Assembly: GCA_965197925.1 (NCBI GenBank)
Contig: CBDAOC010000017.1
Span: 32,001 to 96,000, forward strand
From: Nitrososphaerales archaeon
GTDB taxonomy: Archaea > Thermoproteota > Nitrososphaeria > Nitrososphaerales > UBA213
Direction of reading: 5' to 3'
DNA: 64,000 nucleotides
Shown here: positions 33,150-43,869 of the stretch, one piece after another
Layout of the letters: every line of letters begins with the position of its first letter
How positions within the stretch are numbered: position 1 is the stretch's first letter
Program-made: the position numbers and the translations under genes
The notes under the pieces: model-generated
The model's database searches: none
Told to the model about the DNA's origin: nothing
What the model saw: only the letters and a program-made list of their open reading frames with translations

Positions 33150-34226
33150 TTGATTGTGGACGATAGACTAGAGAGGGTAATCAATGATAAGATAGATGAT
33201 GCTATTCACAAATTGGATGAAATTGTTAAGATAACTGAGATATTGAAAGATATTGTAGATGATGAGGAACGGATATCCTTCGGCATAGCATTGGGGAGAA
33301 TCTATAATGCATTTCATTACCAAACCAGACGCGTCTTGAAACGAAATGCAACCGATGAAGAATTCACTGAATTTGTAGAGATCTTGTCTAAAAGGACAAC
33401 AGAAATCAAGATAGCGTTACGGGAACTAACCGATAGGAAAATCGAAATGCAGAAAAATCTTTCAGAAAAAATGAAAGTCTCAGGAATACTAGATGTCATT
33501 ACCAAAGAAATCTCATCAAAGAGAATAGTTGATACTCAAACGTATATTTCAGAAACAAGGGCAAGGGTGTGGAAGGCATTGAAGAGAGGTTTGCAGTTCG
33601 AAGCTTCTCTGGAAAGGTCCGAACTATTTTTGCAAAAACATGTCAATACAAGAAGGAGGTTTGTTGTACTAATAGCGGATTTGGTGGGTTCCACAAGAAT
33701 GACCAATACCCTACCCATAGAAAGACTTGCCACCATAATACAGACATTCAGTCAGGAAATGTTCTTCACAGTTTCAAACTTTGAGGGACGTGTGCTAAAG
33801 TATGTAGGTGATGCAGTAATTGCCTATTTCCCGGCTGACACAAACTTCTATATGGCAGTGGATAGAGCATTTAGTTGCGCCCGTTCCATGATTACAATTT
33901 TAGAGCAAGGCATAAACGTAGTTTTAAACCAATACGACTATCCAGAATTGAAGGTCAAAATAGGGATAGATTCTGGAATACATTCAGTAATACGATATGG
34001 TCTGGGAGAAAAATCACATGTAGATATTTTGGGCTATCCAATAAGTATGGCATCAAAGATAAACTCCATTGCACGAGCAAATCAAATAGTAATTAGTGAA
34101 AGCGTATACAAGAGTATTCATCCCTCCTCCAGGAATAGGTTTTCTGAAACACAATTGGATTCAAATTGGAATTATATAGATGAGAATACCGGTGAAATAT
34201 ATCGTCTATATACTTATGAAGGATAG
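33150..34226 (+). CDS. Class III adenylate cyclase with an N-terminal helical domain
   Basis: ADLVGST, KYVGDAV, KIGIDSG and VDILG motifs (Lys/Asp indicate ATP specificity). Confidence 0.88.
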   Translation: MIVDDRLERVINDKIDDAIHKLDEIVKITEILKDIVDDEERISFGIALGRIYNAFHYQTRRVLKRNATDEEFTEFVEILSKRTTEIKIALRELTDRKIEMQKNLSEKMKVSGILDVITKEISSKRIVDTQTYISETRARVWKALKRGLQFEASLERSELFLQKHVNTRRRFVVLIADLVGSTRMTNTLPIERLATIIQTFSQEMFFTVSNFEGRVLKYVGDAVIAYFPADTNFYMAVDRAFSCARSMITILEQGINVVLNQYDYPELKVKIGIDSGIHSVIRYGLGEKSHVDILGYPISMASKINSIARANQIVISESVYKSIHPSSRNRFSETQLDSNWNYIDENTGEIYRLYTYEG

Positions 34227-34259
34227 AGATATAAACAGACCTCTCCAAACTTACTAAAA

Positions 34260-35099
34260 ATGGTCAACCTTCTAAACATATTTTCTATACTAGCAATATC
34301 AATTCTTGTTTTTAGCCCCATTCTGCAAGCATACAGTCAGCTTGAATTACTTAAAATAAACGAGATAGAAATTAATCCACAAGGTCCAATTGAAGACAAT
34401 CAGTGGGTGGAGCTCTTCAATCCTGGTTCTGTATTACTGGATCTTACTGGTTTTTTGATGAAGAGTTCAAGAATGGGAAGAACAAATCTAATTCCAACTG
34501 GATTGGTGATAGAACCCAATGGATATCTCGTGATATCGTTTAGTGGTAGAGTGTTTGATGAAACAGGTGATTCGATTGTTCTGTTAACTCCAGATTCGGT
34601 TCAGATTGATAGAACAGATATCTTTTCTGACAAAGAAGATGATGACAAATCTTGGCAGAGGTTTCCTAATGGTAAAGATACGGATGATAAACGTGATTGG
34701 CAATTAAGAAACTCAACGTTTGGAATATCAAATGGATTTCCTGTAGCAAGACAGAACTTCACTTTATCGGATCCAGTATTCATAGATATGGAGGGGATTA
34801 GGGCTAATTCCTTTTTGGCAGGTCAAATGGTTGGAATAAGGTCTGATATTGTGAGTAAGATGGATGAGGAACGTGTTTTTGCGTTTATAATACAGGTCAA
34901 AGACGAAGAAGGATTTCCATTACTAATCACTTGGATCGAAGATATAGTAATACTGCCTAACAGAACTATCAAACCTTCGTTATTCTTTCTTGCAGAGGCC
35001 AGAGGTGAATATACTGTTGAAGTTTTTGTATGGGCAAGTATTTCTCTGCCTAATCCCCTGGCTCCTCCAAAATATGGTTTGATTAGGGTAGCAGGTTAA
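34260..35099 (+). CDS. Secreted lamin-tail-domain protein
   Basis: Signal peptide; INEIEINP, QWVELFN and SWQRFPNG motifs; C-terminal Ig-like domain. Confidence 0.82.
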   Translation: MVNLLNIFSILAISILVFSPILQAYSQLELLKINEIEINPQGPIEDNQWVELFNPGSVLLDLTGFLMKSSRMGRTNLIPTGLVIEPNGYLVISFSGRVFDETGDSIVLLTPDSVQIDRTDIFSDKEDDDKSWQRFPNGKDTDDKRDWQLRNSTFGISNGFPVARQNFTLSDPVFIDMEGIRANSFLAGQMVGIRSDIVSKMDEERVFAFIIQVKDEEGFPLLITWIEDIVILPNRTIKPSLFFLAEARGEYTVEVFVWASISLPNPLAPPKYGLIRVAG

Positions 35100-35153
35100 C
35101 CTATAGTATAATTTATTTAACTGTTTTTGGATCAGAGTTGGAGTTGGGCATAA

Positions 35154-37256
35154 ATGAGCTATGACATCTTTCTTGCTCCTAAATCCATCGCCGTTATAGG
35201 TGCTTCAGAAAGGCCTGGAACTGTTGGTAAGGCCATAATCTCAAATATCTTAAGTGGGTATAAGGGTACTATTTATCCAATAACACCATCTCATGATTCC
35301 GTTTTTGGCAAAAAGGCTTACAAGAACGTTATGGAAGTTCCAACAAGTATAGACCTTGCCGTAATAGTAACTCCGAGCAAGGTTGTGCCTGCGGTAATGG
35401 AAGAATGTGGAAGGAAAGGCATCAAAGGTGCGATCATAATTACAGCAGGTTTCAAAGAAGTTGGTGGAGAGGGAGAAGTACTGCAGAAACAAATTGCAGA
35501 GATCAGTAAAAAATATGGAATAAGGATCATAGGTCCCAACTGTTTGGGCGTAATGAACCTTTCCCCACATACTATGATGAATTCCACATTTCTGAAGATT
35601 ACCCCAAAGACAGGCAATATAGCGTTAATATCGCAGAGCGGTGCAATATGCGCTGCACTGGTTGAAGACGCAATTGCCCAAGATATAGGATTCTCTGCTG
35701 TTATAAGCATTGGAAACAAAGTGGATATGAACGAAACTGATCTGCTTGCAATGCTTGAAAATGATGACCAGACAAAAGTTATCGTTATGTATTTAGAAGA
35801 TATAAGCAATGGTAGAAAGTTCATTGAAGTATGCAGGAGAATTAGCAAAAAATCTCAGTATAAGAAACCAATCTTGGTATTAAAAGCAGGTCGCACTCCG
35901 GAAGGTGCAAGGGCAGCAATGTCACATACAGGTGCATTGATGGGTGCTGACGAAGTTTATGATGCAATGTTTAAGCAGGCTGGTGTTATTCGTGTAGATG
36001 GAATGCAGGAGCTCTTTGATTATGCTACTGCACTTGCAAAGCAACCACTTCCCGGAGAAGAAGTAGTAATTGTAACAAATGCTGGTGGACCTGGAATAAT
36101 CTCTACAGACGCAATATCCAATTATGGACTGAAGATGGCCGATATAGAAAGCTTAAGACCAAAGATCAATGAGATGATACCCTCGTATGGCTCATCACGC
36201 AACCCTGTAGATATTGTTGGAGACGCTGATTATGGCAGGTTTGAAAACGTATTGTCTGTAGTTCTTGATCATCCAAATTGTGGCGCTGTAGTAGTAATGT
36301 GTACTCCATCTGCAACGCTGGATTACGATGGATTAGCCCGTGTTGTTGTAAAGATGTCAAAGAGTAAGGGAAAAACTATGCTCGCGAGTCTTATGGGTCT
36401 TGCAGAGGGAACCGAAAACAAAAGAATTCTGTCTGAAGGCGGAGTTCCACATTATATGTATGCAGAGCTTGCAATGAGGGCTCTCAAATCTATGTATGAT
36501 TATAAATCTTGGCTGAGAGTGCTGGAAAACGAAGTGAAGACATTCAAGGTAGAAACGGAAACAGTTAGAGGGGTATTCAATAATGTCAAGAAACAGAATA
36601 GAAATTACTTAATTGAAGAGGAGGGGTATGAGGTATTAAAGGCCTACGGTTTTCCAGTACCAAAGAGTATTCTAGCAAAGGATGAAAATGAGTGTGTAAA
36701 AGCAGCTCAAGAGATAGGCTGGCCAGTTGTGATTAAGATTGCTTCACCCGATGTTATACATAAATCAGATGCTGGGGGTGTCAAAATAAATTTAGCAAGT
36801 GAGCAGGAAGTCAGAGCTGCATACAGAAGCATAATATCAAGTGTTAAGAATTACAAATCAGATGCAGAGATTCTTGGGGTACTCGTGCTGGAACTTGTGA
36901 AAGGAGGTAAGGAGACTATTATTGGAACAAAGAGGGATCCTAAATTTGGGCCATTGTTGATTTTTGGTATGGGAGGGATATATGTCGAAGTTCTCAAAGA
37001 TGTCATATTTAGACTTGTACCTATAAATGAATATGAAGCAAGGGAGATGATAGGTTCGATAAAGTCTAAGGAGTTGTTGAAAGGAGTAAGGGGAGAAAAG
37101 CCTTCTGATGTGGATGCGCTAGTAGATTGCATTTTGAGACTCTCTCAACTTGTTGTTGATTTTCCTGAAATAGCTGAATTCGATATGAATCCTTTGCTTG
37201 TATTAGAAGAGGGAAAAGGATGCAGGACTCTTGATGTTCGAATTAGCCTTACCTAG
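35154..37256 (+). CDS. ADP-forming acyl-CoA synthetase, likely 4-hydroxybutyrate--CoA ligase of the 3HP/4HB cycle
   Basis: GPNCLG, SQSGA, SHTG, NAGG, NPVD and HKSD motifs; fused alpha-beta ACD; adjacent to the dehydratase, as in Nmar_0206/Nmar_0207. Confidence 0.88.
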   Translation: MSYDIFLAPKSIAVIGASERPGTVGKAIISNILSGYKGTIYPITPSHDSVFGKKAYKNVMEVPTSIDLAVIVTPSKVVPAVMEECGRKGIKGAIIITAGFKEVGGEGEVLQKQIAEISKKYGIRIIGPNCLGVMNLSPHTMMNSTFLKITPKTGNIALISQSGAICAALVEDAIAQDIGFSAVISIGNKVDMNETDLLAMLENDDQTKVIVMYLEDISNGRKFIEVCRRISKKSQYKKPILVLKAGRTPEGARAAMSHTGALMGADEVYDAMFKQAGVIRVDGMQELFDYATALAKQPLPGEEVVIVTNAGGPGIISTDAISNYGLKMADIESLRPKINEMIPSYGSSRNPVDIVGDADYGRFENVLSVVLDHPNCGAVVVMCTPSATLDYDGLARVVVKMSKSKGKTMLASLMGLAEGTENKRILSEGGVPHYMYAELAMRALKSMYDYKSWLRVLENEVKTFKVETETVRGVFNNVKKQNRNYLIEEEGYEVLKAYGFPVPKSILAKDENECVKAAQEIGWPVVIKIASPDVIHKSDAGGVKINLASEQEVRAAYRSIISSVKNYKSDAEILGVLVLELVKGGKETIIGTKRDPKFGPLLIFGMGGIYVEVLKDVIFRLVPINEYEAREMIGSIKSKELLKGVRGEKPSDVDALVDCILRLSQLVVDFPEIAEFDMNPLLVLEEGKGCRTLDVRISLT

Positions 37257-37460
37257 CAATCCTAACTGAATAAAAATTGATATTAACTAATTTTCTTTCA
37301 GATTCAAGGACGCAAACCTAGGGATAATATTGTAACTTGGTATTAACACTCTATTGAAAATCTATGATTTAAATAATAAATCAGTACTGATACCTCAATT
37401 TTGTGTACATTTAGTAATGGTAAATAGAGTATAATAAAAGGTAAATAGAACTACATAAAG

Positions 37461-37472
37461 CATTTATATATA
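37461..37472 (+). promoter_or_regulatory. Archaeal TATA box upstream of the dehydratase
   Basis: TTTATATATA about 25-30 bp before ATG 37495, preceded by a purine-rich BRE-like stretch. Confidence 0.55.
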
Positions 37473-37494
37473 TTAGCCAAGAAATTATATTAAT

Positions 37495-39048
37495 ATGCCA
37501 ATACAAACTGGCGCAGAATATATAGAAAGCTTACGCGGGCGTAATCTAAAGGTCTATCTTTTTGGAGAATTGGTTAAAGAACCAGTAGATCATCCTATGA
37601 TCCGCCCTTCAATAAATGCTATTGCAGCCACCTATGATCTTGCAGTTGAAAACCCAGAGCTTGCTACAGCTTATTCATCAATTTCAGGCAAGAATGTAAA
37701 CAGGTTTCTACAGATAACGGAAAGCGTAGATGATGTGGTGTTGCAGAACAAGATGCAGCGAAAGTTAGGCCAGCTGACGGGTACTTGTTTCCAACGCTGC
37801 GTTGGTATGGATGCAATTAATTCATTGTTTTCAGTGACATATGAAATAGATGAAAAACATAATACGAAATATCTTCAACGATTAAAAGATTTTATCAAAG
37901 ATGTTCAAGAAGAGAACTTTGTTATAGGTGGTGCAATGACTGACCCAAAGGGGGATAGGAGCAGGGGACCTTCAGAACAGGAAGACCCTGATATGTTTGT
38001 ACATATTGTAGAAAGGAGGAAGGATGGGATTGTAATCAGGGGTGCAAAGGCACACCAGACCGGTTGCATAAACTCTCACTGGATAATAGCTATGCCTACT
38101 TTAAGGTTGGGACCAAACGATAAAGATTATGCTGTTGTGTGTGCCATACCTGTGGCTCATCCTAGTCTTACTTACATTTATGGTCGTCAATCCTGTGACA
38201 CTAGAAGTATGGAGGGTGGTGAGATTGATCAGGGCAATATGATGTATTCTGGACAGGAAGCAATGATCATAATTAACGATGTTTTCGTACCCTGGAAACA
38301 TGTCTTTATGAATGGAGAAACAGAGTTCGCAGCAATGCTTGTCGAGAGGTTTACCACTTATCATCGGAGAAGCTACGTATGTAAAACTGGTGTGGGTGAT
38401 GTAATAATAGGTGCAGCTGCCACAATAGCTGATTACAACGGAGTATCGAGTGCTTCTCATATAAGAGAAAAACTCGTCGAGATGACCCACATGAACGAAA
38501 CTATATTTGGTGCAGGTATAGCTTCTTCATACGAATCATATAAAATGAAAGCTGGTAACTACCAGAATGATGATATGCTATCAAATGTGTGTAAACACAA
38601 TGTAACTAGATATCCATATGAAATAGCTAGGTTGGCACAAGACTTGGCAGGAGGTGCGGTGGTAACACTCCCATCTGAAAAAGAGTTTAACAGCCCCGAA
38701 ACTGGTCCTTTGCTCAAGAAGTATCTTAGAGGACGTAAGGGAGTCTCAACGGAAAACAGAATTCGTATACTGCGACTGATTGAAAATATGACATTAGGTC
38801 GCAATGCTGTGGGTTATTTAACGGAATCTATGCACGGAGCGGGATCACCACAAGCACAAAGAATACAAATAGCCCGTCAAATGGAGCTCGGATATAAGAA
38901 AAAACTTGCGAAGCATTTAGCTGGAGTGAAAGAGGACGAAGGTGGTGACGAACTTTCATCAACGGAGAAGGAGTACTTTGATAGAATATTCACGCTTGAC
39001 AAACATGAGACGGTCTCAAGAGCATCAGCAAAAAAAAGTGAAGAATAA
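37495..39048 (+). CDS. abfD: 4-hydroxybutyryl-CoA dehydratase
   Basis: CFQRCVGMD, AMTDPKGDRS, HRRSYVCK and ESMHGAGSPQAQ motifs. Confidence 0.95.
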   Translation: MPIQTGAEYIESLRGRNLKVYLFGELVKEPVDHPMIRPSINAIAATYDLAVENPELATAYSSISGKNVNRFLQITESVDDVVLQNKMQRKLGQLTGTCFQRCVGMDAINSLFSVTYEIDEKHNTKYLQRLKDFIKDVQEENFVIGGAMTDPKGDRSRGPSEQEDPDMFVHIVERRKDGIVIRGAKAHQTGCINSHWIIAMPTLRLGPNDKDYAVVCAIPVAHPSLTYIYGRQSCDTRSMEGGEIDQGNMMYSGQEAMIIINDVFVPWKHVFMNGETEFAAMLVERFTTYHRRSYVCKTGVGDVIIGAAATIADYNGVSSASHIREKLVEMTHMNETIFGAGIASSYESYKMKAGNYQNDDMLSNVCKHNVTRYPYEIARLAQDLAGGAVVTLPSEKEFNSPETGPLLKKYLRGRKGVSTENRIRILRLIENMTLGRNAVGYLTESMHGAGSPQAQRIQIARQMELGYKKKLAKHLAGVKEDEGGDELSSTEKEYFDRIFTLDKHETVSRASAKKSEE

Positions 39049-39050
39049 AA

Positions 39051-39728
39051 CTAGGAAAGTCTAACACCACATTGTTCACAGAATTTCGAATCATCCTTAT
39101 TATAAAATGAACATTTCTTACACTTATTTTGAAAACCGTTATCGAACACCTCTTCTTTTTCTGCCTTGATCAAAACAATATCACCTACTTTTATGACCAC
39201 ATCCCAGGATATTTCTTTCTCTAATTGTTCTGTTGTAGAAATCACTATCACGATCTTTGATTTGTTACTGCTAAGACCTACATCCTTTACAGTCCCTATA
39301 AGAATGGCGTTATTATCATAAACATTGATGCCTTTAATCTTCCTTAAAGCTACAAAACCTTCTTGCTCGTACAATGATTGAGAGGAAGCCAAACCAGAGC
39401 TCTTGTCAGCTTGGTCTGCAAATGTTTTGTATTTTGCAATAACTATTCCACATTGTCTACAAATGTATTCACCTTGTTCAGACAAAAAAGAGCCTTTAGC
39501 AACCTCTTGGTTCATTTTCTCATACTTTATTTCGGGTGCACCATCAAATTTCTTGTTACAATTCTTGCAAAAATGGTGCAGGATTCTTTTCTCTTCAATT
39601 CTCCCTGCAGCACCTAGGAACAGGTCAACCCCAGCAACTCTTCCCTTCTTGATCTCCTGCGGTGTAAGGTTGGCAATTATATATCCCCCTGAACCCTTCA
39701 GAGTATTCTTCTCCAGTTGATCACTCAT
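39051..39728 (-). CDS. Zinc-ribbon plus PRC-barrel protein
   Basis: Two pairs of CxxC motifs; GINVYD...IGTVKDV and VGDIVLI PRC motifs. Confidence 0.78.
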   Translation of the reverse strand: MSDQLEKNTLKGSGGYIIANLTPQEIKKGRVAGVDLFLGAAGRIEEKRILHHFCKNCNKKFDGAPEIKYEKMNQEVAKGSFLSEQGEYICRQCGIVIAKYKTFADQADKSSGLASSQSLYEQEGFVALRKIKGINVYDNNAILIGTVKDVGLSSNKSKIVIVISTTEQLEKEISWDVVIKVGDIVLIKAEKEEVFDNGFQNKCKKCSFYNKDDSKFCEQCGVRLS

Positions 39729-39813
39729 ACCATTGTATAGGTAAAGTAATTTAAAAATTGATCAAGAATATGAAGATATATAAATTACATCCACATCGTA
39801 TATTTCGATAATA

Positions 39814-40146
39814 ATGGGTAAAGTAGAAGATACATCTTCAAAGGCTTGGGGCAAGGATGTAATCCAATCGCAGACACCAGTCTTAGTCGATTTCTGGGCT
39901 GAATGGTGTGGTCCATGCAAGATGGTTTCACCAACAGTTGAAGATTTAGCTCAAGAATACATTGACAAGGTGAAGTTTCTCAAGCTCAATGTAGACCAAA
40001 ACAAGGAAATAGCTGCGAAATACGAAATATTTAGCATTCCAACTTTAATGATGTTTAAGGGGGACAAAGTAATTGGACAACACATAGGCGCAGCATCGAA
40101 GGATGTCTTGAAAAGGTTTCTCGAACAATCACTGCAGAACGCTTAG
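39814..40146 (+). CDS. trxA: Thioredoxin
   Basis: DFWAEWCGPCK and SIPTL motifs. Confidence 0.95.
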   Translation: MGKVEDTSSKAWGKDVIQSQTPVLVDFWAEWCGPCKMVSPTVEDLAQEYIDKVKFLKLNVDQNKEIAAKYEIFSIPTLMMFKGDKVIGQHIGAASKDVLKRFLEQSLQNA

Positions 40147-40763
40147 GTAATATCTTAGTAAATTATTTGTGGATTTTTTTGATAAACAAAACATCACATT
40201 AAGAAACTTTGAACACTTTTGAGATGTAGAAAGCGAACTATGATAAATAATAAGTTCAGTATGCATATAAAGAGCCAGATGAGGAATATATTGAGTTCAA
40301 GAATTTGCAAAACCAAGTTTGTATTAAGATATTGAAGTTCTTCTTCTTGATATTGGGGTAGGATAATATCAACTTAAAGGACCGTTATGCGACTTTGGTT
40401 TAAAGCTTTAGTAATACCAATTAATTGGTTTACCATAATTTCAATTTGTTGTTTCTAACCAGAACTCTTAGAGATTCAAGTGAATACTCTTACTTTGTCA
40501 TATTGTAAGTGTTATATTATAACAACAATTTTTGCATTGTTCTAAATGCAAGGATTGATCATTAATATAAGGATGTAATTTGAGCCCATTGAAACATGAC
40601 TGTATAAGCAATAGTCAAAACCAAAGAATCCCAAGATAGGATTTCTGTAAATCAATCTAGGATTTCTATTCATGAGTATCAATATATGATCCTATACTTG
40701 GATAAAAAGCCCTAAAAACATCTATTCAAGTTTTAAATAGGTTATACAACGAGATTAATTTGG

Positions 40764-41201
40764 ATGGGAGATCTAGGTTATGGCACTAGGGAGCCTTTTG
40801 TAGATAAATTAAAACAGTTAGCTGACGATATACAGTCACTTTATGAGGAATTTTTAGATGTAGAAACACTATATCAACAAGGCAAGATTTCTGACAACGA
40901 CTTCTTCAAGAAGATGGGAAGTTTTTTGAAAGCATTTTCTTCACTGGGGTTTCTAACTGTAAAAGTAGTTGTTGAAATTAACAAGACTATAGGTAAAGAT
41001 GATAATCTTCAAAAACCTAAAGGGGTTACTAGACCTTCGGCAACATATCGACCAGAAATGATGAGTGGTAAATCAACGGCAGTTTATTCCCCCACTTATG
41101 TTCCAGCTGAGGAACAGACTACGCATAAGGTGTGTTCCCAATGTAGTGCTAATATTCCCGTACAGGCCAAGTTTTGCACAAAGTGTGGTACTCCTCAATA
41201 G
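40764..41201 (+). CDS. Protein with C-terminal zinc ribbon
   Basis: CSQC...KFCTKCG at the C-terminus. Confidence 0.78.
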   Translation: MGDLGYGTREPFVDKLKQLADDIQSLYEEFLDVETLYQQGKISDNDFFKKMGSFLKAFSSLGFLTVKVVVEINKTIGKDDNLQKPKGVTRPSATYRPEMMSGKSTAVYSPTYVPAEEQTTHKVCSQCSANIPVQAKFCTKCGTPQ

Positions 41202-41244
41202 CGTAATGAAAAGAGATATTAGATCTTTATTGTAAGATATTCAT

Positions 41245-41670
41245 ATGAAAGTCTTTAATGGAAAAATGGCTGCAGAACAGTATATGTCAAGTCATACATT
41301 AACATACTCTACACCAGATATGATGCTGAAGAAGTTTGCGTACTGGCTAGGAGATTTGGTAGATGTAGATTGTAATCTAGAAGAAGATAAATGTTCTAAT
41401 GAAGATGGATTACATCCAAAGCATAGGGTTCCAAGGTCAATGCTATTTATAGAATTCAAGGACATTCCTTACACACCCAATTCTGAAGAAGTTGATGAAA
41501 CTGCTTTCAAACCTTCTGGTGCTATTTCAACATTCTCTTACGTTAAGAAACTCCATCCTGAAAATGAGGAGCGTGCGACAGAATCGGAAACAAGGTTTTG
41601 TATGGAATGTGGCGGAGGAATTCAAGAGTTAACAAAGTTTTGCCCATGTTGTGGGACAGAACAAAAATAA
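41245..41670 (+). CDS. Protein with C-terminal zinc ribbon
   Basis: FCMECG...KFCPCCG at the C-terminus. Confidence 0.78.
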   Translation: MKVFNGKMAAEQYMSSHTLTYSTPDMMLKKFAYWLGDLVDVDCNLEEDKCSNEDGLHPKHRVPRSMLFIEFKDIPYTPNSEEVDETAFKPSGAISTFSYVKKLHPENEERATESETRFCMECGGGIQELTKFCPCCGTEQK

Positions 41671-41804
41671 CTGCCGTGTTTAGCAACCCAGGAATTTGAC
41701 TTACCTACAGATTATGAGGTATAAGATCCTGAAAGCAATATGGTCACAAGCAATATTCCAAGTATTGTGTTGTGTCTCTTCATCGTTTCACCTAATGATA
41801 TTGC

Positions 41805-42026
41805 TCATAGGGGACGTGTCGTTGCTTTCATGCATTTCCAAAGTATCAATGCATAAAATGCAATTAATGGCATTGCCATCAAGATGCTATAAACATAATC
41901 ACGTGTCTGCAAAACACTTGCTGGTAAACCAATCCATAGATTTACGTCGTAAGCTAATGTATACAATATTGGCATAAAGATGAACATTCCAAGACCTAAC
42001 GCAAACATTGAAATGATAAAACGCAT
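41805..42026 (-). CDS. Small two-TM membrane protein
   Basis: Two hydrophobic helices and a basic tail; start position uncertain. Confidence 0.45.
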   Translation of the reverse strand: MRFIISMFALGLGMFIFMPILYTLAYDVNLWIGLPASVLQTRDYVYSILMAMPLIAFYALILWKCMKATTRPL

Positions 42027-42176
42027 TATCAAGTTAACTGTTATTGTAGTTGAGTGACAATGTGATGATGTATTAAAGAAATAATCAAGAGTCTTTTTCA
42101 CGCGTATTTTATTTATCTATCCACCTGGCAAATTAGATAAAAATAATAACGTGGAATGTTATAGCAAAATTGTTCA

Positions 42177-42839
42177 ATGTCAGCGATTATTAAAAAATTG
42201 GCATCTCTTCGCCTTGCAAAATATGGCAAAATTTGGAATAATCGTAATATTGGATGGTGGGCCGAAATTTATCACAATAGACCATTCCTACATGAAAACT
42301 TTGGTAATTATATGAACGGAATACGTGAGCCAATCAACTCAGTTTTAGAGATTGGTTGCGGTGCTGGTATGTACCCCATCGAAAATATTCAATTGTTTTC
42401 AGGACTTGACTATACTGCCATTGATATATCCCAGACAGCTATTGATTATTGTAAAATTAATTCCAATTTCAAATTTATTTGAGATGATTTTTTTAAACAT
42501 GAATTTGATACAACATATGATTTAGTGTTTTCACATGCTGTTATTGACCATGTTTCTGATATTGATAACTTTCTTACCAAGGCCATTAATTTATCCAATC
42601 GGTATGTCTACATCTCTGCTTACCGTGGATTCTTCCCAGGTATAGAACACCATATGATGAATTATGATAATAAGGATGGATGTTATTACAATGATGTGTC
42701 AGTCAAGCAGGTTGAAAGGTTGATGGAAAAACTAGGCAAAAGTGACGAAGAATATCTAATCAGGGCACGTCAAGTGGTAATAAGAAAACACCTGATAGGA
42801 TGGATACTATTATTAGGATGGATACTATTAAGTGACTAA
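42177..42839 (+). pseudogene. Class I SAM-dependent methyltransferase with an in-frame stop
   Basis: VLEIGCGAG, AIDIS and YDLVFSHAVIDH motifs; in-frame TGA at 42480-42482. Confidence 0.8.
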
Positions 42840-42841
42840 AC

Positions 42842-42965
42842 AGGGCTCGGTAGAAACTATAGCATAAATACAGTCAATCTATGCATGTTGTAGGCTATCA
42901 CCCTGAACATCAGTTCCCTATTCTGCATTTTCACCAGTCTCTTTTCATTTTCATGGCAATCACTA
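42842..42965 (-). mobile_element. Right-end remnant of another IS5-like element (family E)
   Basis: Terminal AGGGCTCGGTAGAAAC and transposase C-terminus QNRELMFRVIAYNMHR. Confidence 0.6.
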
Positions 42966-43768
42966 TGTCCCTGTCCAATCTCTTTACAAAACTTCAATAT
43001 CGCCTTTGACGCCATAGATGGTCTACTGATGAAAGACCTTCGGGATATAATGATACAGCAGGGCATTGCAATGTCTTTGAAAAGTCCTTCGATGGTAATA
43101 GTAAGGAAAACACTTTCAAAAGCAAGGCATGTATACTTTACATTCCTTACCAACACTGGAACGCAGAAGTTAGTTACCTATTTCGATGATAGGCTTCTAA
43201 ATAATGAGGCTCTGAATGCAGAATCGCCGGTGATCGCTCCAGATGCGAAATATTCCTACGGACGAAGAGGAAATATTGGAAAGTTCTTACCCACGGAACA
43301 AATAACTAATACAATAAGGAAATCTTTTCGACCTAGATTTCAGTGGAGACTCTAGTATTGATGGCCTATTTCGACACACAATTACTCATAGCAGAATTCA
43401 AAGATAAAATTGCATGTGACTTTAGGGTCTTTTTCATGGGTCATAAAGGAACAATTGAAGCAAGATATACTACCAATAAAGGGAAGCTACCGGAATCGCT
43501 TGAAAATGAAATGCGTGAATCGTTCAAGAGAAGTGAAGAGTTCTTGGATTTGGAAATAAAGGAAGAAGACCAATCAATGAAGCAGAAAGAACAAATCCAT
43601 AATATGGTAGAAAGGGCTACTCCTGAAAGTGCAAGAGATGTTGAAATTACTTAGCATCTGCGATACTTGATTCAGAGAGTAGCAACAAATGAACAGGCCG
43701 AAATTCTAATTCCACTGGGATGGAACTTTATTGGAACATTACCTAATGGCATAGTCTTACAGAAATAA
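42966..43768 (+). pseudogene. Tyrosine recombinase/integrase, C-terminal catalytic part, frameshifted
   Basis: DGLLMKDL, LSKARHVYFTFL and AYFDTQLL...FFMGHKGTIEARYT (catalytic H and Y); ends 28 bp before the tRNA. Confidence 0.75.
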
Positions 43769-43796
43769 ATAAGTGATAATGAACTACTGGCCCCAT

Positions 43797-43869
43797 GGGC
43801 TGGTAGTTCAGGGGTAGTAATGCTCGCTTCGCAAGCGAGAGGTCGCGGGTTCGAATCCCGCCCAGTCCA
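43797..43869 (+). tRNA. tRNA-Ala(CGC)
   Basis: Acceptor GGGCTGG/CCAGTCC with G3:U70; anticodon stem CTCGC-TT CGC AA-GCGAG; T-loop GTTCGAATC; discriminator A; weak D-stem. Confidence 0.93.

Noticed and set aside
35154..39048. 3HP/4HB gene pair as a novelty
   Set aside because: Standard arrangement in ammonia-oxidising archaea; used here only for taxonomic placement.
42480..42482. In-frame TGA as selenocysteine or readthrough (also 6606-6608)
   Set aside because: Not at a catalytic redox position, no SECIS seen, and both genes lie in decaying elements; simple nonsense mutations are more likely.
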